Shown here in pieces: positions 12,049 to 24,299 of a stretch of DNA of 30,937 nucleotides (positions are counted from its first letter, which is position 1; each line of letters begins with the position of its first letter). The notes below the pieces were generated by a model. It saw only the letters and a program-made list of their open reading frames with translations, was not told where the DNA came from and did no database searches. A program made the position numbers and the translations under genes. This stretch comes from Vicugna vicugna (taxonomy: Eukaryota). The DNA is taken from assembly GCA_013265495.1 (NCBI GenBank), contig MU057930.1:1876057-1906993 (forward strand), written 5' to 3'.

Positions 12049-13434
12049 CTTCACGTCTCTACAAGGAAGGGAGGTCGTGTTTTAGTCCAACACTTGTCCT
12101 CGTGGGGCTTCTCAATTTTCCTAGGAACGCATCGGTCAGTAGTCTCCGTAGCTCAGCCAATGATCAGAGCACGCTGCCACGCCATTAACTGACCCCAGTG
12201 GCTGCACTTTGGATGCTTGGCTGAGCAAAGATTTCAGATGCACTCACTTAGTCTCTTCAACGATGCTCAGCTAAGAGAACCAGTATTAACATCAGCCTCC
12301 AGGCTCCATCCTTGAACCTGTGATTCACTCTCCCCTCAGCAATACCTCTTCCCACAGCAACTTGGTCAATTATTTGCCCTTAAAATTTCTCCTTAGTGTA
12401 TTCTGACCCCGTGAGCCTGGAGCCTGGGTCACTCCAGGTATCCCCGAATCTCCCCAACGTGCGGCATCATAGCATCGACTGCACCAAATGGTGATTCCAG
12501 TCAGTCTTCCCCCGTGTGGTTGCAAGAGAGGGGATGGGACCGCATTCAACAAAGTGGCCTGTCAATGAGAACCAGCTAAGTAGTCCCTGAATGCATGAGC
12601 ACAAGTGAAAAAAAACACTAAAAAACATGCTTTTGTTCATGTCAGGGCCCATACAGCAGGAAATCTTAACCAACAAGCCAAAGTCAATTAAGTAAGGCCA
12701 CGTGGATTTACAGAGCTGCACAAAACCGAAGGCCACCTCAGCCTCTCACAAAAAAAGCCCAGTGAGCAGAAAGAAGCCGTCCAGTTGTGGCCTCCTGGCT
12801 TGCCGACCCCCCCGACAGAGGAGGGGAGTACTGCAACTTGCCAGCCCTCAGCGCCCCTCAGCGCAACCCTTCCCACGCCTTCCCCCGGCTAGAGGCTTAG
12901 GCTGAAAGCTGTTCAAATGCAGTTTCCCTTCTCCAGGATCAACTCTCTAAACGGGCTGATCCTTTAGTAACCCTAAGCCTTTAGCTGGAACTCTTCAAAG
13001 AAATTGTGGGCACAGCAGGCAACGCCCTGAGCTACACCATCTCACCCATCTTAGGCCCAGCTGTCCATCCGGAGCTACAGCCTCTGTTTCTCCTATTTGC
13101 CGTCAGCTGACATCTTCCAGATCCGGAACTCTCTCTGGAGTGGGACACCCAATGTGGCACTTCCTGGATGATGTCCCAGTATAAATTTCCTGATCTGCTA
13201 GGTGTGGCCGGTCACTTTATCACTACATGTCACCGAGGCATCCAGATGCTTACAAAACAAGAGTAACACCTCATAAGCACGGTTTCTCATTTTCAAATCA
13301 CTAGGTTCCTCTTTGGGCCAAAAAAGAAATAATAGTCAAGGTAAGGGTCTACCATGATCACCTCTTGTGCCACGAAGCCCCACCATTCCTTCTTGTCCGG
13401 TTACTATCCCTAAAGTGACGGATGGCAATGGACA

Positions 13435-13945
13435 TCGGTGGTTTTCGCTTGCCTAGCATTCAATTTCCCTTCAGGGAACTGCCTGTTCTGAATCTTCCCT
13501 AAGCTAGTTCCTATTGGACTCACCCATCCGTCTCCCCATCCAGAAGTGTGTACCTAACCCAGGCCGTGGCAATCCAAGGCACTCTTCCCTCTAGATATGG
13601 AAACTGGTTCAGAGTTAGCCTATAACCCAAACCAGGCCAATTAAAAAAAAAAAATCATCTCCAGGCCAATGTGCTTCTCTGAGCTCAGTGACGATGTCAC
13701 AGGGAAATGCTGGTGACCTTTTATTTTTGCCACCACATGAACACAGCCACTCTGAGAAGAAAGTCAACATAAAAAGATGGCCCCAACGTGCCAGGTTCCT
13801 GAAGGTAATGATTCAGGTCCGAGAACCTCATTTCTGAAGCCACGTCCATGGCTAGAACTCTCAGTGCGTTGAGCCCATGAATGCATTTTCCCCCTTAAGC
13901 GAACTGAAGCTGAACTTATTTCACCGGCCATCAAAACATTTCTAC
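13435..13945 (+). mobile_element. ERVL-class solo LTR (LTR16-like)
   Basis: Twin motifs taacccaggccgtggcaatc and ctggttcagagttagcctataacccaaaccaggccaat. The 3' end tgagcccatgaatgcattttcccccttaagcgaactgaagctg matches the LTR16/MLT1-type terminus. Confidence 0.6.
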
Positions 13946-14075
13946 GTAAGAAACAGATTCATGAGTCTCAAAATACATATCCCTCCAACCAGAGACATGA
14001 TATCTAAGCAGGACTGGAGTTACAATTTGGCCAATTTTTGAAATTCATTGATTTTTACATATCACGTTATCACAT

Positions 14076-14650
14076 TGCATTAGTTACTGAATGCTTCGTA
14101 GCAAGTTACCACCAACCTAGTGGCTCACAACAATGTATTTATTTTATCATAATTTCTGTGTGTCAGGGATCCAGGCACAGCTTAACTGGGTTCTGCTTCA
14201 GTATCTCCCATGAGGCTTCAGTGAAGGCGTTGGCCAGAGCTGGGGTCTCTTCTGAAATCTGACCAGGCAAGATTGGACCCCAAGCTCACTTGGTTCTTGG
14301 TAGGATCCAGTTCCTTGTAGCCTGTTGACCTGAATGCCTCAGTTCTTTGCTGGCTCCTCATCAAATGCAGCTTTCTGTTTCCTTCCATGGAAATCTTTCC
14401 GACATGGCAGTTTGTTCCAACAAAGCATGGAAACTACCAGGGCAACAGAGAGCGCCTGCTTGGAAGACACGAGTCCCAAGCCAATGCAATGTAATCATGG
14501 AGAGTGACACGCCCCAACCCGTTCACATCCCACTGGTTAGAAGGGAGCCCCACGTCCTGCCCACGCTCAAGTAGACGGAATTCCACAAGAGCAAGACTAC
14601 CAGGATGCCAGGGTAACAGAAGGCCTTGCTGGAGTCGGTCGACCAGACAC
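14076..14650 (-). mobile_element. MaLR solo LTR (MLT1E/F-like)
   Basis: tgcattagtta...gtagcaagttaccaccaacctagtggctcacaacaa...tttctgtgtgtcagggatccaggcacagcttaactggg...tgtaatcatggagagtgaca...ctggttagaagg...gtcctgcccacgctcaag. TG...CA termini. Confidence 0.85.
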
Positions 14651-15067
14651 CACCCACAGCAGTACTAGTGGTGCTGGTGCCTTGAATTTTCCAGGGAAAG
14701 ACAACGAGAATCTTCCTGGCCTGCCAGACGTGGATTCAGATGGAACAGTTGGGCCTCCTGGATGGACTCACGGGGATTCTCAAAAAAGAGAAAGAAGTGT
14801 AGGAATGGCCAGTCCTTCCTCAGGAACAAGACTTCAGGAGAAGGACATCACATTCATTTTCTAGCTCGTTAATGCACAGACTCTTCCAGCTGGAAAACCA
14901 CCACCCTAGGGGGCTGGCAAGCCGAGAAGATGCTCTTCTCTGGTGAGCAGAGGGAGAGAAGACAGCCAGGAGAGCAGGAGACTGTCGGGAGGGCTTCCCT
15001 AAGGAGAGAGCAGCGGGTGCTGATGGAGGGTTTCAGCAACCACGGAGAAAGCATTACAATCCAGGTT

Positions 15068-15380
15068 GTAGTAGGATTCTCAGCGCTATTGCATCAACCG
15101 ACCACACAGTGGGTGGCTTCAAGCCACGGGTGTTTAAATGTCTCCCTGCTCTGCAGAGAGACCCCCAGTATTAAGGAGTCCACAGAGCTGGTTCCTCCTG
15201 TAGGCTCTGAGGGAAACTCGGTTCCGTTTCTCTCTCTCTCAGCTCTGAGTTTTTGGCGTGTTTCATCAATCCTCAGCGCTCTCTGGCTTGTAGATGCATG
15301 TCTCCAGTCTCTGCCTCCATCTCCACCTGGTCTTCTCCCTGTGAACCTCTGCTTTCGTCGTCTTCTCCTTCTCCTCCTTA
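15068..15380 (-). mobile_element. MaLR LTR (MLT1B/C-like), left half
   Basis: gaccacacagtgggtggcttcaagc...gagctggttcctcctgtaggctctgagggaaa...tggcttgtagatgcatgtctccagtctctgcctccatctccacctggtcttctccctgtg. Confidence 0.85.
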
Positions 15381-15615
15381 CACTGTAAGCATTCAACACA
15401 CATTAATTCATGGCCTGGTAACAGTGCAGGTGGGAGCGCTTGTGCTGAGGTTCTAAGATTCCGTCTCAGTTTTAAGAGCCTTCTGCCCAACAGAGACGAG
15501 AAGGACAAGGTGCTCTCGGTGACGTGGTTGACCACCTTTCTTTCATATTTGTTTCTTTCCTACATGTTGAAGAAAACATCCACTTCTCTTCACAGAGAAG
15601 ATATGGCTTCCCCAA

Positions 15616-16422
15616 TTTTTTTTTAATGGAGTCCTAGAAATGAAAGAAGTGAAACTTATATGATTCTTTTACTTCCCCCCTCTTCCTGATCTCCACCTCT
15701 GGTAACTGTCAATTTATTTTCTGTATTTATGAGCTTGGGTTCTTTGGTTTTTGGTTTTCGTTTTTAGATTCCACTTGTAAGCGAAATCATACAGTATTTG
15801 TGTTTCTCTGACTCATTTCACTGAGCATAATTCCCTCGAGATCCATCCGTGTTGTCGCAGATGGCGGGACTTCCGTTTCCTGCAGCTGAATAACATTCCA
15901 TTATATGTATGTGTATATGTGTATATGTATATACACACCACACCTTCTTTATCCATTTATCCTTCAGTGGACACTTAGACTATTTCCATATATTGGCTGT
16001 TGTAAATAATGCTGCAGTGAACATGTGGGCGCAGATCTCTTTCTAAGTTAGTATTTTTGTTTTCTCTAGATAAATACCCACAAGTGGACTCGCTGGCTCA
16101 TAGGATCATTTATTTTATATTTTTGAGGAATCTCCATACTGGTTTTCCAGAGTGGCTGCACCAATTTACACTCCCACCAACAGTGCACAAGGGGTCCCTT
16201 TATTCCATATCCTTGCTCACACTTGATTTCTTATCCTTTTGATGATAGTCACCCCAACAGGTGTGAAGCGACGTCTGATTGTAGCTGTCACTTGCATTTG
16301 TCTGATGATTAATGATGTCGCGCTTCCCTTTATGTACCTGTTGGCCACCCGCACGTCTTCTTTGAAAACAAAGGCTATTCAGACCTTGTGCCCATTTTCA
16401 AATTGGATTGTTGGGGTATTTT
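15616..16422 (-). mobile_element. L1 (L1MA-like) 3' fragment
   Basis: tttttagattccacttgtaagcgaaatcatacagtatttg...ttttgaggaatctccatact...gctgcaccaatttacactcccaccaacagtgcacaagg. The left boundary is uncertain (15616-15670). Confidence 0.93.
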
Positions 16423-16433
16423 TGAAAAAATAA

Positions 16434-16622
16434 TGTGTCTCTTCTTCTGAGGACCCCGGGTAGGATAGATTCAGGGTCCTGGCTAATACAGGGTGACCTC
16501 ATGTTACCTTGAGTACATTTGTAAAAGCCTTATTTCCAAACTGGGTGCCGTTCAGAGGTATTGGGGGCTAGAACTTCAACACATCGTTTGGGGAGGGGCC
16601 ACATAATTCAACCCCTAACACA
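16434..16622 (-). mobile_element. MaLR LTR (MLT1B/C-like), right half
   Basis: tcttcttctgaggacc...gattcagggtcc...tacatttgtaaaagccttatttccaaa...agaggtattgggggctagaacttcaacacatc...ataattcaacccctaaca. Confidence 0.88.
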
Positions 16623-16820
16623 GGTCAACTCAGAACCTGTGACAAGAGAAAAATTTGAAGGATTTAATCCCCATGGCATGGTCTGTAAAAGTCTTTCAAA
16701 GATTCCAACTGATATTCTGTGGTCTTAGAATAATAATTTTGTATCTCACAGACCCCAAATTCCTCCAAGTTATCACGTCATGGTACCTCCTCATAGCTTC
16801 TCTAATTTAAATCATGACCA

Positions 16821-16831
16821 TAGTAGTAGTA

Positions 16832-16886
<55 letters not shown>
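16821..16886. repeat. Compound microsatellite (TAG)4(TAA)18
   Basis: Read directly from the sequence. Confidence 0.98.
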
Positions 16887-16887
<1 letters not shown>

Positions 16888-18960
16888 CAGTAATAAATTA
16901 AAAAAACTACAGAATCTTAATTTGAAGAAAACGCTGGAGAAAGCTCATTTTCCCCTAAGTCTAGAAAAAGCCTTCTAAGATGTGGAGCTCAACTCTTTTG
17001 CAACCTGTGAACTTTAATTAATTTCTTGGAAATGATTCTGCCTCCATTAAGTCAAATTACAGTCGATCACATTCAAAACCAGGCACCCCACCGCTTTCTC
17101 AAAACTACAAACCAATTAGTGTGTTGGCCGTCCTGTCCCAATTTTATGCTTCCTTCCTTCGTAACACCTCAGGGGCTTGGTATTTCGGGGAAACGTGCAG
17201 CCAACAGATTCTGGCCGGGCTGCGACTGGTAATTGTCGTGCAGGCGACGTCCCGGGGGGCACCTGAGCCACAGCTGCAAGCTGCTTTGCCCTGGTGTACG
17301 AGGACAGCTTGCGGTAAAAAGCAGAGGGATCGTATTTCCCTTGAGTTTCTAACTCATACTGTGAAATATGATGTGACTTTAAAAACATTATGAAAACACG
17401 CAGTTTCAGGTTCAATATATGTAAGCCAACAGCTGAAGGCGCTCGCCAAAAAGGGGGGAAAAAACCACAACATGAACTCTGAGAGTTTACAATGCATATT
17501 GTGATGAATGAGAACAAACGCATGCCTACTGGCTGACATCAGCAATGACTGTTGCTACCAGGACACCCACATAAAAATAAGATAATGGGCTGAGAGCCTA
17601 CCCACAGCAGGCTACAAAGGAGGAGGAGAGGGTCTTGAAGCCATGTGCAGGAGGAAATTGAGCCTGCAAAATACGTCTGTGGAAGAAACAAAATTTCTTG
17701 TCTTCAAAGATTTCCAGAGCAATAGGCTGGGTGAGGCAGGAATCCATTCAAAAGTGCTTTGGCTCAGTGGGTAAGAGATTTCCCATGTATGGATCGCCAG
17801 TCCTTTCAAGCAGTGAAAGGGACTCCCTTACAAAGCTGCAAATGTCTTTATTGGCCAGGTTCAAAGGCGGCTGCGTGCCCGGGGACTGTCCACGCATTCA
17901 TTTGCTTCATGCATTCAAGCAGACGATGCATTCATGAAATGCACAAATGCACCCTGCTTTCAAAGGGTGCACAGTCGGCCAGGGGTGCAGACTTGTAAAA
18001 TGGTGATCAGAGTGGGACTCTGGGGACACAGAGGGGGCCGTTTCATCTCTGCTTGGGGCTTCAGAGGGTTGATGAAGACGGAAATACCGCACTGGGAAAG
18101 AGTTTGGGTGAAACAGCCCCTCAGGTTCCTTCAACATGGAAGATCTTAGAATTGTGTGACTGAAGTCTCAGCTGAGTTCATCTCTTACCCCCAGGTAATA
18201 CGGTGATTGCACAGTATGATAGTCAATCTACCACAATCCCTTTCTTTGAGAAAAAAAAAAAAAACGCATGAAATGCAAACATCCTTGTACAGCGTGCTTT
18301 CGTGGAATCTGAGCTCATTATTACCGGATCCTTCAAAACTCAAAAGGAAATATCTACTCTAAGCTTGTATGCTTTTATCAGTCTAATTTTCCTAGAGTAG
18401 AAACAGTTTTTAAGGTTTATGACTCTACTTTTAAATCCGTTTTTTAAAACACAAAAAATTAATATTATGGTGATATCCGATTAGTTATCTGAATGCACAT
18501 GTTATAAAATAGAGTTCTGAGAGAATTTCATGGCATAAAAACTGGGGGGAGCAGTCAGACTTTTCATGTATTTTTTTAAATTCCAGGCAATTAAGTACGT
18601 TTGAATTTGGTAAGAACGGAACCATGAGTTCTTTGATTTAACCTTAGCACAGCACCTGTTGAGAACAAACCTCTGCATTAGCACTCCTTTGGTTGGAATT
18701 GTATTTACAAATCCTCCAACGTCAAAAATATAACAATGCAAAAAATACCTAAGTGAGGACCTTGCATGACAAATTATACCGTCAATGCACCTTCCTATAG
18801 TTCTGGCATGGTTTTATCTCTTCCCTCCTTCCCCATTTTTCTCTTGGTCCATCTAGAGAGGCAACAGACAAGCTGAGTTTCAGGGAACTGAGAAAGCACA
18901 TCTTCACCACACAACGTAGGATTATGTGCCTTGGAAACTGATCTCAAGATGGGTGGAGAC

Positions 18961-19099
18961 GGGGAGGGTATAGCTCAGTGGTACAGCGCATGCTTAGCAT
19001 GCACAAGGTCCTGGGTTTAATCCCCAGGATCCCCTGTAAAAATAAATAAATCCAATTACCTCCTCCATTCCCCCCCCAAAATAAAATAACTAAAATAAA
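18961..19099 (+). mobile_element. tRNA-Ala-derived SINE (camelid vic-1-like)
   Basis: ggggagggtatagctcagtggtacagcgcatgcttagcatgcacaaggtcctgggtttaatccccag, then an A-rich/C-run/A-rich tail like the copy at 7670. TSD is aagatgggtggagac (18946-18960) / aagatgggcggaaac (19100-19114), 13/15. Confidence 0.93.
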
Positions 19100-19934
19100 A
19101 AGATGGGCGGAAACCTTCCCGTGATGGGTTGCCAATGGAGAACACCAACTTTCAGATTCTTCCCTTTTTCCCCTGAAAGCTGAAAAGACCCCCTGCTTGA
19201 ATCTGATGTGCACGCTGACCCCTTTCGGAAACTTGAGCTTTGCTGGGGGCTCTTTGTCCTTTTCCATCAAAGGGCTCACGTCTCTTTCCATCACCCCTTG
19301 GACTTGCCCAAAGCTTTGCACGTGGTAACTGCAAACAGTAACTTGTTGATCAACGATTTTTAAATACATCAGCTGAAAAGAGCTCTCAAGAGAATAAAGG
19401 ATGGAGGAGACAGGAAAATACACAGAGAATCAGAGCTGGGATCCAGAGGTCAATAGGTTATCTGGCTTGAGCCAGAACTACAGGAATGCGTAGCAGGCAG
19501 ATGGGTGTCAGGTGAACCTTCGGTCCAGTTTTTAATGGAATGATGGATTGTGTCTTGTCATAAAGCAGATGGAGCAGAACACAGCTCAAAGCATCAGTGT
19601 GAAGGAAAGGGACAGGAGTGTTTTGGAAGGGACGGTTTTCCCATCTTGTCGAAACCACGCTACAAAAGGCCCTCCATACTTTCAGGGTTCCTCCCTTTCC
19701 GATGGGAACGCACGCCCCCAACCAGGGCAGACTTGATTGTTGTGCCCACAGCCCCTTTCACAGCAGACAAGAGGGTGTCCTGACCAAGGGAGACTTCAGA
19801 GTGCGTGGGAGTTCGGAGAAGAAAGCGCAGTAGAGTCAGTTCCGTGTTCATCTAACCTTGGATTTTTCCAGAAAACCTGAACACATTAGATCTTAAGGGA
19901 ATTCTGAATATTTCTCTCTTGGGGTTTCCTACAA

Positions 19935-19951
19935 ACACACACACACACACA
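19935..19951. repeat. Short (AC)8 microsatellite
   Basis: Read directly from the sequence. Confidence 0.9.
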
Positions 19952-21694
19952 GAGCACAGACTATACACCAATGCCCACCTTCCCCACCCAAGATAATCAG
20001 ACATTTGAAATCTAACAGGACATTTTTTTGTCCCCATTTTTGTTTTCTGCATCTGCTTCCAATGTGTGGAAACAGACTTCTCTAAGTACACAATATTTGA
20101 CGGAATTGCTAACACAGAGACCACAGTGTCTGATCCTCATTTCCGGTTAACAAGGGGTCTGTACATGAAGAGACCACACTTGGCTCAGGCGCCCCCGCCG
20201 GCGCCGGTGCCTGTGCGTCCACCGGGCAGCTCTGACCTCCCCCTGGACGGCCTCCTCCCTGCATCTCACGCACCCTCCGTGGTCCTCAGACCCGCAGCTG
20301 AGCGATTCCCAGCTGCTCTTTGCCTCCCTTGCGGTTTGGACATTATTGCACCCGGAAGAAGGATTCGGAACCAAGAAGGAGAAAATATGAAATATTTCCC
20401 TTTGGAAACAGCCGGGGTTAGGAGAACCAAACAGCGGACTTTATTTTATAGTTGTTTCTTACCCAGTAGCTTACTCCAAAAATCACTATAATCCTTAAAA
20501 AAAAAAAAATTCAGAGGAGCTATAATACTATTACTATGTAACCGAGGTCACTAAATATTGAAAAGGCTGAAGGTTGGACCAAGACGACATGGAAGATAAA
20601 TACCCTGTCCAAACCAGCAGCATGTCTGGCAACAAATGAAGCTGTTCCATGTCCTGGGGGCAAGATCTTGCACAAGTAACTAATGAGCATGTTGTTGGGA
20701 ACTGACAAATATTCCAGCAGACTAACTGCACCTGCAGTTTCTATCTTGAACAGTTTCTTGGGGGTAATATTGCTCATGATCTGCACGTACAGCAAAGTTA
20801 GTTTTTAATACATTCCAAGGCATTTGGACTTTTTCTGATTGCGGAAAAGCACCCTGAATTGCAAATGCAATTCAGTTAAAATTCACGTCCTGGAAGATGA
20901 CAAGGTGTAAGGGCAAGCTGTCAGTTTTTCTAAATTATCCAAACAGGTCTAAGTCATCATAACCAAATGGTATTATTCCAAATCTGTACAATTTCTAAAC
21001 CCCCTACAGGATTATTCCCCTAAGGGTGAACCTTTTAAAAGCTGGGAACACAGACACGTGTTATCAAGAATCCACTCCTGCTCAGCCATGTTCACAAAAT
21101 ACTGGACTCTTTTCAATTAATCCCTGTCAGGGAGATGTTTATTTAATCATCTTTCATAATTATCTTCACTTACAAGCTACATGCACACAACGTCAAAGGT
21201 CCAACTGACAGACGAAAATGGACATCATTTCGTTATTTTCTCAGAGCTGGTCGGTTAAAGCGTCGGTCTCACTGCCTCTACCCACTTAAGTTTTAGTCCT
21301 TCGCCTGGACTCTGCCACTCTCTGCAGACAACTGAACTATTTGCAACTGTCAAGAAGAGAAAGGAATTAAGTTTCCCTTTATCTGACGTTAAAAAAAAAA
21401 AAACAGAGTGCATCAATTTTAATGCTCTCTTGATGGTTAATTTCCGTACGTCACACAGGAGGCTAAAAACCCACTTGACACCTCAGGCCGAAGAAGACAA
21501 AGCTTAGGAATCAAGCAGAACGAGATAATCCCCTGCTCTTCCAAAAAAAAAAAAAAAGCCATTCCTCAGCATTCCCTTTTCTGAAAGCCATGCTAGGAAC
21601 TGTCAGAAGTGACGGTCCCTTGACTCCTACCTTCATTTCTTAAGCTGACCCCTTCCAGGACCACAGGAAGTAGTGACGTTACGGACAATGCACA

Positions 21695-21882
21695 TGAGTT
21701 ATGTATGAGATTTATATGCATATGTGCATTTATATTTCTGTGTGCATCTATATATTATTTGCATATATTTATATACACACATATTATTAATATATGTGCA
21801 TATAACAGACATGCATATACATAAATATATATATTATATATATAAAACACATATATTATATATATAACATATATACATAAAA
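21695..21882. repeat. Degenerate (TA)n/(TG)n low-complexity tract
   Basis: atatgcatatgtgcatttatat...aaatatatatattatatatataaaacacatatattatatatataacatatatacata. Confidence 0.9.
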
Positions 21883-21971
21883 CACCAATGTGCACATGCA
21901 ATTTAGCTGAAAAGTCCTGGTTCTGTTTTCTACTATGAGTTATGCTCCATTAACATCAGACTGCTGGGTGG

Positions 21972-22135
21972 TTATATGTGCAACATATTAAGCACTTTGC
22001 ATTAATTAATATCTTTTATCTCCCAGCATGCCTCTACTTACGCACGAGGAAACTGAGGTACACGGACACCTGAGTACCATGCCCACATTACTCAACTGGC
22101 AAGGGGACAAGCTGGCACTGGAAGCCTGGCAGGCA
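21972..22135 (-). mobile_element. MIR fragment
   Basis: ttaagcactttgcattaattaat...gaggaaactgaggtacac...tgcccacattactcaactggcaagggg...agctggcactggaagcctggcag contains the MIR core motif gaggaaactgagg. Confidence 0.7.
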
Positions 22136-22201
22136 CGTTCTCGACCAATCCTCCAAGCTGAGCTGAAGGAGTGAACCACATTTGCATTAAAAAGGGTACA
22201 G

Positions 22202-22763
22202 AAAAGATGATCTGAACCCCATGTTCATAGAAGCATTAGTCTCCACAGCCGAGACATGGAAACATCCTAAGTGTCCACCAAATGGATAAAGGAGCTGTGG
22301 TGGATCTACAATGGAATATTACTCAGCCATAAAAAAGCAAATTCCTGCCATCTGTGACCGTGTGGATGGGCCTTGAGGGCATGATGCTAAGTGACATTAG
22401 TCAGAAAAAGACAAACAGTGTATTTACTTATATGTGGAATCTAAAACAAACAAAACCACCAAACTCAGAGAAAAAGAGATCAGATTTGTTGCAGCCAGAG
22501 GTTGGGGGCTGGGGAATTGGATGGAGGTGACCCCAAGGTACCAACTCCCAGCTCTAAGATAAATAAGTACTGGGGATAACATGCAATAAGATGATGACAG
22601 CTCCCACTGCTCTACGAGATATGGGCAAGTTGTCAAGACGTAAATCCTGAGTTCTCATCACAAGGAAACAAAAACCTGTTTGCTTCCTTTGTGTTTATCA
22701 TACTTGTATGAGAAGACAGATGTGGGCTGAACCTCTTGCATTCATCATTTCACAATATATGTA
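22202..22763 (+). mobile_element. L1 3' end (older L1MA9-like laurasiatherian 3'UTR type)
   Basis: accccatgttcatagaagcatta...acaatggaatattactcagccataaaaaag...ataaataagtactggggat...gtaaatcctgagttctcatcacaagg...tcatttcacaatatatgta. Confidence 0.92.
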
Positions 22764-22914
22764 CGTTTTGTTTCTGCAAATGTGCAGGCATGTAGCTTCT
22801 CTCACCAGCAAAATTCCATTAGTTACATATTGCAGTGAGATCGATTTTTACCCATGCAGCCCCTATGAGATTTCTGATTCTCTTGTCAGGATGTTGTGAG
22901 GTATTGCCTGTGAT

Positions 22915-23440
22915 AATGTCCACTGACAGACGACTGGATAAAGAAGCTGTGTTATATTTATACAATGGAATACTTCTCAGTCATGAAAAAGAATGGAATA
23001 ATGCCATTTGCAGCAACATGGATGGAACTGGACATTGTCATACTAAGTGAAGTAAGTCAGACAGAGAAAGATAAATATCATATGATATCAATTATACGTG
23101 GAATCCAAAAAAAATGATACAAATGAACTTATTTACAAATCAGAAATAGACTTACATAGATAAAAAACAAACTTATGGTCACCAAAAGGGAAGGGTGGCA
23201 GGGAGGGATAAATTAGGAGTTTGGGATTAACAGATAGACACTACTATATACAAAATAGATACATAACAAGGATCTACTGTACAGCACAGGGAACTCTATT
23301 CAATATCTCACAATGAAAAAGAATATGAGAACAAATATCTGTATGTATATGCAAGACTGGGACCCTGTGCTGTACACCAGAAACTGACACATTGTAACTG
23401 ACTACATTGCAATTAAAAAAAATAAAAATTCAAAAAAAAG
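22915..23440 (+). mobile_element. Young L1 3' end with poly(A) tail
   Basis: aatgtccactgacagacgactggataaagaag...tgtgctgtacaccagaaactgacacattgtaactgactacattgcaattaaaaaaaataaaaattcaaaaaaaa. The terminus type matches the copy at 2391. Confidence 0.95.
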
Positions 23441-24125
23441 GAGACACTTGCTGTTTCTTCATGGCTAATCCTCTTGGGTCCCACCTCTCCCAAGGAGGCA
23501 TGCCATCTGAAGCGCATTCCTCGTTTGAAAGCTTAACGCAATCAAGTCACTGGGTCGCAGACGCCAGCTCGACAAAATGTATTCTGAAAGCAAGTTTAAT
23601 CCTGTACCCTGTTCTGTTTTCTTTCCCCGCCTCTGTCTGTCTTTCTTTTCACTCCTCTATTTGAATGGCTCATTAGGAGGAAGATGGAGACCCAGGTGGC
23701 TCCTGCAGTGAGAACTCTGATTGGTTCTGGGGCGGGGACGCCCACGCACAATCCCACATCAGCACCACGCAGCCTAGCGCCCAGCACGGATGTGCTGCGT
23801 CCAAACGCCAGTTTAACTCCTCCAATCCCACGCAGACCACGACGTCACAGGGTAACTGTGTGACCTGTCATCGTGACGACAGAGGCCACGTGGCAAAAGC
23901 TATGATGAAACGGACCTCAGTCCCGTCATTTCTTTCCCTCAGGTTCTTTGTCATCTCCCTAACAGACACCCCAGCCTGGCTTCTCATGAAAGGCACTCAG
24001 ACCATCTTTCAGCCTCCCCACGGAGGAGGAACGGTAAGGCAGGCACACTTTGGAGATCACTGAATAATGTGACGGTTGATGTCAGACTTGCAGCTGAATT
24101 GCACGGAGCAACTTTTCCCAAGGAT

Positions 24126-24299
24126 GAAAGAAAGAAAGAAAAGAAAGAAAAGGAAGGAAGAAAGGAAGGGAGGGAGGAAGGAAGGAAGGAAGGAAGGGAG
24201 GAAGGGAGGAAGGGAGGAAGGGAGGAAGGGAGGAAGGGAGGGAGGGAGGGAGGAAGGAAGGAAGGAAGGAAGGGAGGGAGGAAGGAAGGAAGGAAGAAA
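24126..24299. repeat. Pure polypurine compound microsatellite (GAAA)n-(GGAA/GGGA)n, 174 bp
   Basis: No pyrimidine on the + strand across the tract. Confidence 0.98.

Noticed and set aside
14930..15399. 152-aa and 101-aa ORFs
   Set aside because: They overlap an MLT1 LTR and have no recognisable domain.
18961..19035. Genuine tRNA-Ala gene
   Set aside because: It has an A-rich tail and TSD, an altered B box, a disrupted acceptor stem and no oligo-T terminator, so it is a SINE. The same applies to the copy at 7670.
18944..19423. 159-aa minus-strand ORF
   Set aside because: It starts at a non-ATG codon, runs through an antisense SINE and has no recognisable homology.
20066..20491. 141-aa Pro-rich ORF in a GC-rich patch
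   Set aside because: It has a GTG start, is antisense to the host gene and shows no domain; open frames are expected in GC-rich DNA.
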